The notes below the pieces were generated by a model. That model was not told the DNA's origin. It made no database searches and saw only the letters and a list, made by a program, of their open reading frames with translations. A DNA stretch of 27,664 bases from Candidatus Caldarchaeum sp. Lineage in GTDB: Archaea; Thermoproteota; Nitrososphaeria_A; Caldarchaeales; Caldarchaeaceae. Both the position numbers and the translations under genes were made by a program. The stretch's first letter is position 1; the number at the start of each line of letters is the position of its first letter. The stretch is taken from NCBI GenBank assembly GCA_038844785.1, contig JAWBRA010000021.1:1-27664 (forward strand), in the 5' to 3' direction. Below are positions 1 to 8,130 of the stretch, piece by piece.

Positions 1-128
1 ATCTCTTCCTCCAGCCTGTCCAAGCGTTTCAGTATCTCCAGTATCCCTATCCTCCCCGCCACGGCATAACGGAACTCCTCATCCTCCTCGAGAAGACGTA
101 GCAGCTCCCGCTTAAGGTCGGCAGCCAA
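1..128 (-). CDS. 5' part of an archaeal coiled-coil protein (paREP / DUF3782-DUF1626-type, often with a C-terminal PD-(D/E)XK domain); runs off the window edge
   Basis: Manual translation from TTG at 128 gives MAADLKRELLRLLEEDEEFRYAVAGRIGILEILKRLDRLEEE. The 'LxEDEEFRYAVAGxxG-EILKRLD' N-terminus is characteristic of this family. GGGAGGAGG lies just upstream. Not in the ORF track. Confidence 0.7.
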   Translation of the reverse strand, partial: MAADLKRELLRLLEEDEEFRYAVAGRIGILEILKRLDRLEEE

Positions 129-482
129 ACCTCCTCCCAACATCAAACCCTCAGCTTGCCTAATAATTGTTATGGAGCCTAGCGTCTAACTGTCCCACGG
201 GGAGGATGATGGTTCTGCTCAGGCCTCTTTAGCTGCTGGGGGTTCTTCATAACGTGAAGACCGCCTGTGGAACGTTTGAAAAATCGGGGTCTGAAGCGCT
301 AACGTTAGCACTGTAAGGAGATGATGGAGGCTGCGCCGGCAATAGGGACTGGTGTTCTGCTTACAGTTTGGGCTGGAATAATCAAACCTCTAAAGTGTTA
401 CGTTCACGATGGACATCGTCTCCTGTGAGAGTATTGTTTGCCGCCGTGTTAGCTCTTTTCCATTCAGCGGATGCACTGATCG

Positions 483-1382
483 CTAATATACTCGGCTGTA
501 TGAGCCGTGTGGAGCTATGTTTTTGAAGGTCTCTGGGTGGATTATCTCGGCCAGTATTTCAGCTGCCTCAACTATACTTGGACCGTGTCTGCTGAAGTAA
601 CGGCCTGCCTCCACAGCGTAAACCGAGCCACGGGCAACTGCTTGAGTGGATGACAGCTGGCCTTTCTTCAAAGCCTTACTCATGTCTGCCTGCGCCCTCG
701 TGAGGCTGAAGCCGCATGGCGCGGCTATGATTATCTCTGGGTTGTAAGCATGTATGTCGTCGTAGGTAATTCGTCTGCTGTGAACACCCTTCGTCCCATA
801 ATCTTGGCCGCCGGCTATCTCCACAAGCTCTGGAACCCAGTGGCCGCTGCAGAACGGCGGCTCAATCCATTCCAATAGGAAAACCTTAACCTTGTCCAGC
901 ATAATGCTACGCTCGAGCATGTGGGCAAGCCTATCTTCCATGTGGTTGACGAGCTCCAAAGCCTCGCGTTCCCTGCCAACTGACTTGCCTATAGCAATTA
1001 TGTCGGCCAGTATTTCCTTGACAGACCTCGGGCTTACTTCGATGACCTTTGCGAGCTTTCGCATGTCTGCGTGAAAATCCTTAGGTGTGACCGCGCATAC
1101 GTCGCATACCCCTTGGACTATTATTATGTCGGGTTTGAGGGCTTTGATAGCTTCCCAGCGCACATTGTAGAGGCTTTGACCACGTCGAGAGTACTCGCGG
1201 ACAAGCATGTCTATCATGTCTTCCGGCATGTTAGAGGTATCGAAAACTGGTGTGACAACAATCTCTTTTGACTCCGATTCAGACGGTAGGTCGCATGCGT
1301 AGGTTACACCCACGACCTCGTCGCCCGCACCCAGCCTGTACAGCGTTTCCGTGGCGCTGGGAACCAATGAAACAACACGCAT
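483..1382 (-). CDS. BtuF/TroA-like cobalamin/Fe-siderophore-binding-fold protein without signal peptide (Cys-rich subfamily)
   Basis: MRVVSLVPSATETLYRLG..VVGVT, LKPDIII, GHWVPELVEIAGG and FSRHGPSIVEAAEILAEIIHP match class III binding proteins. Start re-called at ATG 1382 because the ORF-track extension is non-homologous. No hydrophobic leader. Confidence 0.8.
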   Translation of the reverse strand: MRVVSLVPSATETLYRLGAGDEVVGVTYACDLPSESESKEIVVTPVFDTSNMPEDMIDMLVREYSRRGQSLYNVRWEAIKALKPDIIIVQGVCDVCAVTPKDFHADMRKLAKVIEVSPRSVKEILADIIAIGKSVGREREALELVNHMEDRLAHMLERSIMLDKVKVFLLEWIEPPFCSGHWVPELVEIAGGQDYGTKGVHSRRITYDDIHAYNPEIIIAAPCGFSLTRAQADMSKALKKGQLSSTQAVARGSVYAVEAGRYFSRHGPSIVEAAEILAEIIHPETFKNIAPHGSYSRVY

Positions 1383-1471
1383 GACCAAGTGTTCTCTAGT
1401 AACCTGATAAACCTTACTCAGCTTAACACTCAGACAAATAATCCCCACGCTCTTGGATTACTCGACTGTTT

Positions 1472-2134
1472 TCAGCCGGTTGGTACAAGGTCTTGAAAAC
1501 AAAACCTTCCATCACGAACCACTTTCTCTCCGACCGTAAACTGGACGGGTTTTGAAAACAACGGTCCCGAGTAGACGAATGTGTGGAACTCGCCGTTTTC
1601 GCCGCATGGGTCGCATCCGTCAGGCAAGTCGTCGAGAAAACTCTGGTCATATTCCCTGCCCGCGTATTTTTTGGGCAGCTTCTCCAAATCAACAACAACC
1701 ACTATGGCTTTGTACCCGAGTTGGAGGAATGTTCGTGCAAGGTCTGCCGTGCGCCTACCCCACAGCGGGAACAGGCCATTCATACCCACAACCCTGAGAT
1801 TCCTCTCCCGATATCTTCTTACGTCTTCGAGAAAGATATCGCCAAAGGCGATGGATTCAACACCATTTCTCTTCAAATCTAAGCAAACCTGATGCATTAC
1901 TGATTCGTAGGTTTGGTTGCTGCAGTTGGGTGGGATGAAGGCCTTGATTAACGGCAGTCCGAGACTGCTGGACTGTTTTTCCAGCAGTTCTTCACGGACG
2001 CCGTGCATGCTGACGCGTCTGTAGGTATCGGTAACGGTGCAAAGCAAGCCAGCAACCTCATACCCCGCCTGAAGGACGTGATGTAGAGTCATGACGCTAT
2101 CCTTGCCGCTGCTCCAGGAAACGACAACCTTCAT
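1472..2134 (-). CDS. Dph6/MJ0570-related PP-loop ATP pyrophosphatase (diphthine-ammonia-ligase-like, bacterial-type subfamily)
   Basis: PP-loop SWSSGKDS, RVSMHGVR, FGDIFLEDVRRYRE, FPLWG and DPCGENGEFHTFV. Start re-called at ATG 2134, because the longer ORF would overlap btuF and a TATA box lies about 24 nt upstream. Confidence 0.85.
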   Translation of the reverse strand: MKVVVSWSSGKDSVMTLHHVLQAGYEVAGLLCTVTDTYRRVSMHGVREELLEKQSSSLGLPLIKAFIPPNCSNQTYESVMHQVCLDLKRNGVESIAFGDIFLEDVRRYRERNLRVVGMNGLFPLWGRRTADLARTFLQLGYKAIVVVVDLEKLPKKYAGREYDQSFLDDLPDGCDPCGENGEFHTFVYSGPLFSKPVQFTVGEKVVRDGRFCFQDLVPTG

Positions 2135-2149
2135 TATCGACAAGTCTGG

Positions 2150-2215
2150 CTTAGAATTTTTTAAATCATGTGGATGTTTTAAAGAAACTTGTAAGGCGGT
2201 AAAGTTTAATAAGAT
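2150..2215. promoter_or_regulatory. Divergent archaeal promoters for the dph6-like gene and btuF
   Basis: Minus strand TTTAAAAA at 2165-2158, about 24 nt before ATG 2134. Plus strand AAAG-TTTAATAA at 2201-2212, about 26 nt before GTG 2239. Confidence 0.6.
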
Positions 2216-2238
2216 GGCTGGATAATCCATCCAACACC

Positions 2239-3489
2239 GTGACGCAAACATCCCCTCCAAAAATACTCGCCTCGCTAGTTGTAGTTTTTCTAGCGTTTGG
2301 TCTTGTGGCTGGTTTCTTGATAGGCCGCTCCTCGACATCGACGGTTACGGAAACCAGTCATGAAACGGTGACTAAAACGTTTGTCAACACGGAGATAAGA
2401 ACTCAAACAATCATACAGACGGTTTTGCAGACCGAGACGGTTACGCAGCGGTTTAGGGAGCCGGAGGTAAAGTATGCTAAGTTTTTTGGGTTGACACGTG
2501 GAGATGGATATATCCTGTTGCGGGACTCCCATAACAGAACGATTCTGGCAGTTCCGAAAAACATTCCTGTTCCAAACATCAAGGCCGATGTTGTGGTGAG
2601 AACTCCTATCGAGAGAGCTGTACTCATGTCAGCGACGCATGTGGCGTTGGTTGAGCGTCTGCGGGAGTTTGAGCCGGAGTTGCTTAAACAGGTTGCAGGG
2701 CTGATGTGGGGCCGGAGCTATGAATGGTATTTCCCCGCGGTCGCTAAATCTCTGGAATCAGGTTTGATAAAGGACGTGGGGGCTTCATGGTCTCCGGACT
2801 ACGAGCAGATCGTCGCACTCAAACCCGACCTCGTCATGATTTACAGCTTCCCCGGCGACCAAGTCGCCTCCAAGCTTGAAGAGCTCAAGATACCGTATGT
2901 AGTCAACAACGAGTATATGGAAACCCATCCGCTAGGAAGGTTTGAGTGGATAAAGTTTGTTGGAGCTCTTTTCGGGCTTGAAAAAGAGGCCTACATGATT
3001 TTCAACTTTGTTGAATCAAACTACTTGATAATCTCGGCTAGGGCGAGAAATCTGGTGGAGAGGGGGGTTGTTTCCGCGCCGAAGGTTGTCTGGTTTTCGG
3101 TGTTTCGCGGAACCGTTTACGTTGCAGGAGGTGACAGCTATGTCGCGAAGTTACTTCAAGACCTCGGAGCTGTTTACGCCTTCTCCGACGTTCGGAGAAC
3201 GGCTTCAGCAACAGTGTCCATCGAAGAACTCGTCCGCAGAGCATTAGACGCTGACGTTATAATAATTTCAACCGACTTGATTAGGTCGAGGGAAGACCTT
3301 CTCAAAGAAGTCCCCCAGCTGTCCGAATCAAAGGCATTCCGTCAAAACCAGGTCTACCGATATAATTCAAACATCTTCCAGCTTGGTTATTTCGCGGCTG
3401 AAGAGTATTTCAAGGAGCTGGCATCGCTTCTATATCCCGGACATATTGACTACAATGAGCTGTATGACTTTTTCGTACGGTTAGGTTGA
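2239..3489 (+). CDS. btuF: Membrane-anchored ABC substrate-binding protein, cobalamin/iron-chelate class (BtuF-like)
   Basis: N-terminal TM helix and Thr/Val-rich linker, then PIERAVLMSATH, DYEQIVALKPDLV and EYMETHPLGRFEWIKFVGALFG. The last motif is typical of the Bacteroidetes-type BtuF subfamily. Coupled to the permease and ATPase genes. Confidence 0.8.
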   Translation: MTQTSPPKILASLVVVFLAFGLVAGFLIGRSSTSTVTETSHETVTKTFVNTEIRTQTIIQTVLQTETVTQRFREPEVKYAKFFGLTRGDGYILLRDSHNRTILAVPKNIPVPNIKADVVVRTPIERAVLMSATHVALVERLREFEPELLKQVAGLMWGRSYEWYFPAVAKSLESGLIKDVGASWSPDYEQIVALKPDLVMIYSFPGDQVASKLEELKIPYVVNNEYMETHPLGRFEWIKFVGALFGLEKEAYMIFNFVESNYLIISARARNLVERGVVSAPKVVWFSVFRGTVYVAGGDSYVAKLLQDLGAVYAFSDVRRTASATVSIEELVRRALDADVIIISTDLIRSREDLLKEVPQLSESKAFRQNQVYRYNSNIFQLGYFAAEEYFKELASLLYPGHIDYNELYDFFVRLG

Positions 3490-4496
3490 ATTCCATGCGC
3501 TTAGGTGCTTTCCCACTTCTCATATCCCTTTTGTTCATCTCGTTTTTCTCAGCCCTTGTTCTAGGCAGCGTCCGCTATCCGCTGCATGCTATCTTGATAT
3601 ATTTTCTAGGTGTGAAGTCTGAACTTTATCTGTTGGACGTTATAGTCGATATCCGGCTGGTCAGGGCTGTTGCAGCTGTGTTAACGGGTGCTTCGCTCGG
3701 CGTTGCTGGATGTATTTTGCAATCGCTTTTCAGAAACCCGTTGGCCGACCCCTTCGTCCTAGGAATATCCTCCGGCTCCACTCTCGCAATCGCCGCCGCT
3801 CTAGTGCTGGGCACGGGCTTTGGAATAACCCATGCCTATGACCCATACAGCCTCTACATAGCTGGATCGCTTGGAGCTCTGTTGACTTCGCTTCTCGTCA
3901 CAGCACTCTCATCAGTAACCAGAACCGCTGTAGGCCTCGTTCTAGCGGGAGTCGTGCTAGGTTATCTTAACGCAGGGGTGACCACCCTCATCATAACCAT
4001 GTCTGACGTTGAGATCATGAGGGCGTTTAGCTTCTGGACATTAGGAAGTTTTTCAGCTGCAAAAAAATCTATAGTTGAACCTGTTTTACCGTTTATGCTG
4101 GCTGGGCTCGCCGCCTCTTTTCTAACAGCAAAGCCGTTGAACGCTTTGGCGTTCGGCGAGGAGATGGCTTCGTCGATGGGTGTTTGGATACGTGGTGCAC
4201 GTGTTTTAGCCGTTGCTGCTTCCTCATCGGTTGTCGCCGCAGCTACGGTAATCGCAGGCCCCGTAGGATTCATCGGGCTTGCAGCACCACACATCGCAAG
4301 GCTCACCGCAAAAACAGCAGATAATCGGTTCATCATTCCACTATCAGGGCTTGCCGGATCAACTCTTGCAGTAACCTCGGACATAATTGCGCGGAACATC
4401 GTTGCACCCCTTGACCTTCCAATAACAGCCATCACATCGATTTTCGGCGCGCCCATCATACTGTTTCTCCTAACGCGAAGAGGATCACTGCGATGA
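3486..4496 (+). CDS. btuC: FecCD/BtuC-family ABC permease
   Basis: LQSLFRNPLADPFVLGISSG, LNALAFGEEMASSMGV, GPVGFIGLAAPHIAR and LPITAITSIFGAP; multiple TM helices; 4-nt overlaps with both neighbours. Confidence 0.92.
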   Translation: MNSMRLGAFPLLISLLFISFFSALVLGSVRYPLHAILIYFLGVKSELYLLDVIVDIRLVRAVAAVLTGASLGVAGCILQSLFRNPLADPFVLGISSGSTLAIAAALVLGTGFGITHAYDPYSLYIAGSLGALLTSLLVTALSSVTRTAVGLVLAGVVLGYLNAGVTTLIITMSDVEIMRAFSFWTLGSFSAAKKSIVEPVLPFMLAGLAASFLTAKPLNALAFGEEMASSMGVWIRGARVLAVAASSSVVAAATVIAGPVGFIGLAAPHIARLTAKTADNRFIIPLSGLAGSTLAVTSDIIARNIVAPLDLPITAITSIFGAPIILFLLTRRGSLR

Positions 4497-5656
4497 TCAA
4501 AACATACAAGCTATCGATAGGCTACAGCCACGGCTCAATCGTCTCAAACATCGAGGTCGAACTACGTAGCGGAGAATTCACCGTGGTGGTGGGGCCCAAC
4601 GCCTCCGGCAAAACGACTTTCCTCAAGACTTTGGCTGGTTTGCTTAAACCAGTTGCTGGAACAGTTTTTTTAGGCGAGGATGATGTTAAGAGCTTGAGCG
4701 CTCGTTCTAGGGCCCGCCGTGTAGGGCTTGTTCTGACGGGAAGACCTGAAGTCACTGGGATGCTTGTTGAGGAAGTTGTTGCTCTTGGTCGCTACCCGTG
4801 GACAGGTCCAGTTCACATCTTAACCACGCGAGATAAGCAAGCGGTACAGCAAGCCATGGCTAAAACCGGCATCACAAATTTACATGGACGAAAAATATCC
4901 GAACTCAGCGACGGCCAGTTCCAACGCGTCATGATAGCCAGAGCATTAGCACAACAGCCCCAAATATTGATACTCGACGAGCCCACCACACATCTAGACA
5001 CTCCTTCCCGTGTTGAAATCATGATGCTGTTACGTAGGCTCGCCCACGACGAAAACATGACGGTAGTTGCTTCAACCCATGAGCTTGAGCTGGCCTTCAG
5101 GTTCGCCGACAAACTTCTTCTTATCTCTGACAACCAAGTCAAGTCCTTCGAAGACCCGGAGGAGTTGATTAACGACGAAACTTTCTATAAAGCATTTGGT
5201 TTCAACCGCAAGCTTTCGTTCTCACCCTTAACTCTGACGGCAGAATTTCGAGATAGCTCCGCGCACGGCAAGCCCATAGTGTTTGTTATAGCCGGAGGCG
5301 GTTCAGGCGCCAAAACATACAGACAACTGTTGAAGAAAGGCATCAAAGTCGTGACTGGTGTACTGCATGAAAACGACATCGACCATCACATAGCCACCAT
5401 GCTAGGATTAGAAGCCATATCGGAAAAGCCTTTCCAAGATATTAGCGAGGGGACGTTGGTCAAAGCGGTTGAAAAAATGCTGTCGTGCGATGCTGTCATT
5501 TACACCAGTCCGCCAATAGGCGAAAACAATAAACGCAACTTGGAACTCCTTCAAAGAGCCATACAAAGCAACAAACCCGTATACACAGCGCATGAAATAG
5601 AACGCCACGGCCTTAACATCATAAAACACGAACTATCGATACAGTTAACAGCTTAA
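4493..5656 (+). CDS. btuD: BtuD/FepC-family ABC ATPase with a C-terminal Rossmann-like extension
   Basis: Walker A GPNASGKTT, signature LSDGQFQR, Walker B ILILDEPTTHLD, H-loop STHE. An extra domain of about 130 aa begins FVIAGGGSG..VTGVLHENDID. Confidence 0.88.
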   Translation: MIKTYKLSIGYSHGSIVSNIEVELRSGEFTVVVGPNASGKTTFLKTLAGLLKPVAGTVFLGEDDVKSLSARSRARRVGLVLTGRPEVTGMLVEEVVALGRYPWTGPVHILTTRDKQAVQQAMAKTGITNLHGRKISELSDGQFQRVMIARALAQQPQILILDEPTTHLDTPSRVEIMMLLRRLAHDENMTVVASTHELELAFRFADKLLLISDNQVKSFEDPEELINDETFYKAFGFNRKLSFSPLTLTAEFRDSSAHGKPIVFVIAGGGSGAKTYRQLLKKGIKVVTGVLHENDIDHHIATMLGLEAISEKPFQDISEGTLVKAVEKMLSCDAVIYTSPPIGENNKRNLELLQRAIQSNKPVYTAHEIERHGLNIIKHELSIQLTA

Positions 5657-6200
5657 CCAACAAGACCCTTAATGATTTAGCTGGGCAGCTGTTTTTAACG
5701 TGAAGGTAGCTCCGGGTCTGTTTTGGCAGATAATCTACTGTGGCCTTCATTTCATCGGTGAGGTGCTCCTCGCCACTTAACAGCGTTTAACTTGTCTATG
5801 CTTAGACACCACGAGACAAGTTTCGTTATCGAATTATTTTTCGCATTTCAATTGGAAATGCCTATTACCAATCTTTCAAGCAGATGGTCGTAGGGTAGCT
5901 AGTGCAAGAAATCCAGCAACCGTTTAACGGTCTATTTTTCACCCCATACCTTTTGAAAACCTCATGAACCCACATAATCAGAAAAGTTTCCCTGATTCTC
6001 TCACAAAATCCAATACTGTGTCACAATCTTTGTCAGCCAAGCTGTGTAAAAGGATTGAGACATCCACATAACCGGGTGGGCAGCCCTAGACTTAGAAGCT
6101 AAAAACCTTACCACAACCGTAACATCGACATCTCTTACTTGTTAAAACTACTGCCGCCGGGCCTATTTGATGAGTGGCTACCACCAACGTTAGGTATACA

Positions 6201-7217
6201 TCATCCTTTGAGTTTCTTATCGTATTCGATAAGTTCTTTTTGTACGAATCTCCCGTCTTTGGCGATTGTTTCACCATCGTATAAGACTGTAGGATTGTAT
6301 ATACCTGCGTCAGTGTGGGCTTTGGCTAGTCCTACCTTACCCTCGAACTTCAGGCTTTGAGATCCGAACCCAAACTCTACTCCCGCATAAATTCTTTCAT
6401 CTTCGAGAGGTACTCCAGTCAGCTTAGCTGTCGGATGGAAACCCCACGAAGCATGAGCTACGTAATACATTTTTTCATCGCCCAAGTTTTTCAACCATTT
6501 TTCAAATATTTTTGCTTCGATCCCTCCTTCAATTTTCACAATTTTACCGTTTTTTGCGACTACTTTCAAAGGATTCTTGAGAACACCCAGCTCTGTCGGA
6601 GGCCAGACGAAAGTGTCAAACACAATAGTTCCCTCAAACGTTTCTTCAATCGGTGCCCAAGATATCTGGCCGCCAAGCGGTTTGTAGAATCCTTTTTTGT
6701 TCATAATTCCGTCGTTGTGGAAAACGGGGCGCTTAGGATCGTTTTCAAACCTTAGGTCAGTTCCGTTAACGCTTTTGATAACCACCTCTCTAGCGTTTGC
6801 AGTTAATTCTGTCAGTTTGTCGCCAAGCTTACACATTGTTGAATAATCTACTCGGCCAATTAGCCGTATCAACATGTCTGGGTTCATACCTGTAAGCTCG
6901 AGGATTCTGGCGCCAGCTTTCATTGCCTCGTTGTACGCCGTCGTGTGCAGGATATACATTAGCGGCAGGCTTATAATCACGTCGCTAGATTTCATCGCTT
7001 CGGAAACATGTTTAGGCGGCTCCATGTCAACTTCTTTTCTTGTCTCATAAACCGTGATACAAGGCTCTGCTCCGAGAGAGTAAGCTGCAGACGCTAAAAG
7101 CTTAAGCATCTCCCAATCGATGGCGGTGTCGGCTAAAACCAAAACTTTCTCACCGGGTTTTGTTAAAGCAAGATCACGAACAGTTTTCAATGCAGCGTCG
7201 TACAATTCCATGAACAT
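6201..7217 (-). CDS. M29/aminopeptidase-T-like (thermophilic metalloprotease / NicX-like fold) protein
   Basis: KPGEKVLVLADT, NGTDLRF, APIEETFEGTIVFD, KNGKIVKIEGG.EA, LEDER and HTD. Start probably ATG 7217 or 7211; TTTAATAA lies at 7256-7249. Confidence 0.8.
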   Translation of the reverse strand: MFMELYDAALKTVRDLALTKPGEKVLVLADTAIDWEMLKLLASAAYSLGAEPCITVYETRKEVDMEPPKHVSEAMKSSDVIISLPLMYILHTTAYNEAMKAGARILELTGMNPDMLIRLIGRVDYSTMCKLGDKLTELTANAREVVIKSVNGTDLRFENDPKRPVFHNDGIMNKKGFYKPLGGQISWAPIEETFEGTIVFDTFVWPPTELGVLKNPLKVVAKNGKIVKIEGGIEAKIFEKWLKNLGDEKMYYVAHASWGFHPTAKLTGVPLEDERIYAGVEFGFGSQSLKFEGKVGLAKAHTDAGIYNPTVLYDGETIAKDGRFVQKELIEYDKKLKG

Positions 7218-7430
7218 AAAGCCTCGAGCAGTATCGTGTGTTAGTTGTTTATTAAATGTTTCAGCCATTGTGCGTGAACCCGCTCATACTTAATCTGGCG
7301 GAATTGTTGCAAGAGGGATGAGTCATGTTTGGAGGGTGGCAAGCTATATAAAGCTTGCTACACCGGTATATTTTCACGGTACAGACAAGAAATAAATAAC
7401 CCTTATACTTTTTTAAAACAGAAACAATAT

Positions 7431-8126
7431 ATGACAGGTAGAGTTGGTTTTTTGACCATCGGTCAATCACCGCGTAACGATGTTATGAAAGACTTGATGA
7501 AGATTTTGCCGGCTGATTTAGAGGTGATTCAAGCCGGCGCGCTGGATGACTTCAACAACATACAGGAAATCTCACAGAAGCTCGGGCCAAAGGACGGTGA
7601 ACTATTCTACGTCACAAGGATGAGGGATGGTTTAGAGGTGAAAGTTTCGAAAGAAAGGCTGATGCCATTGATGGCTGCGAAGGTTGACTATTTGGATAGT
7701 CTAAACGTGGATGTCATTGTGATTCTTTGTTCAGGCGAATTTCCAAATTTCCGTTCCGATGCCTTGATCGTCTATCCTGACAAAATCTTAAAGGGTGTGG
7801 CCTCGAGTATTTCCTATCAAGGAACCACCGCCATTCTTATTCCTTCAGAAAACCAAGTTGATTATGCTTTCGGTAAATGGTCAAAGTACTTCCGTGAGAT
7901 TGTTGTCTTTCCAATTTCGCCCTATTCTGCTCAGCATGCTGACTTTGAAAATGTTGGCCGTATGATTCAAAACAATGGTATTAAATTTGTCGTAATGGAT
8001 TGTGCAGGGTATGATTTCAGTCACAAGAACATATTACACAGCGTGGCTCCCCAGGCTAAGGTCATTACCACCAGAGGAATCATCGGCCGTGTTGTCTCCG
8101 AGATGTTTAGACAAAAGCTTGCATAA
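7431..8126 (+). CDS. AroM-family protein (Asp/Glu-racemase-like two-cysteine fold)
   Basis: VGFLTIGQSPRNDV, GALDD, YVTRMRDG, ILCSGEFP, SPYS and VMDCAGY are hallmark AroM motifs. Start re-called at ATG 7431, with TTATA about 24 nt upstream. Confidence 0.88.
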   Translation: MTGRVGFLTIGQSPRNDVMKDLMKILPADLEVIQAGALDDFNNIQEISQKLGPKDGELFYVTRMRDGLEVKVSKERLMPLMAAKVDYLDSLNVDVIVILCSGEFPNFRSDALIVYPDKILKGVASSISYQGTTAILIPSENQVDYAFGKWSKYFREIVVFPISPYSAQHADFENVGRMIQNNGIKFVVMDCAGYDFSHKNILHSVAPQAKVITTRGIIGRVVSEMFRQKLA

Positions 8127-8130
8127 TTTT

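Noticed and set aside
201-295. Box C/D sRNA (ATGATGG ... CTGA)
   Set aside because: The C box is imperfect, the span of about 90 nt is longer than typical archaeal guides, and no clear D'/C' pair is present.
1472-2134. Calling this gene canonical diphthamide synthase dph6
   Set aside because: The RVSMHGVR motif and the btu context fit the bacterial-type paralog, so no symbol was assigned. A phylogeny is needed.
2135-2238. Cobalamin riboswitch upstream of btuF
   Set aside because: The gap is only 104 bp, AT-rich, apparently leaderless, and has no B12-box-like sequence.
2135-2338. N-terminal 68-aa extension of the 1472..2338 ORF
   Set aside because: It overlaps btuF and the divergent promoters. 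Family similarity begins at MKVVVSWSSGKDS (2134).
6031-6038. TGTCAGCC match to the IS6 right IR (possible composite transposon end)
   Set aside because: Only 8 bp match and the diagnostic terminal GG(C/T)AC is missing; compatible with chance.
6092-6277. 61-aa ORF ending in CRCYGCGKVF as a real gene
   Set aside because: It overlaps the 3' end of the M29-like gene in another frame, has only half a zinc ribbon, and lacks clear expression signals. Kept only as a possible relic.
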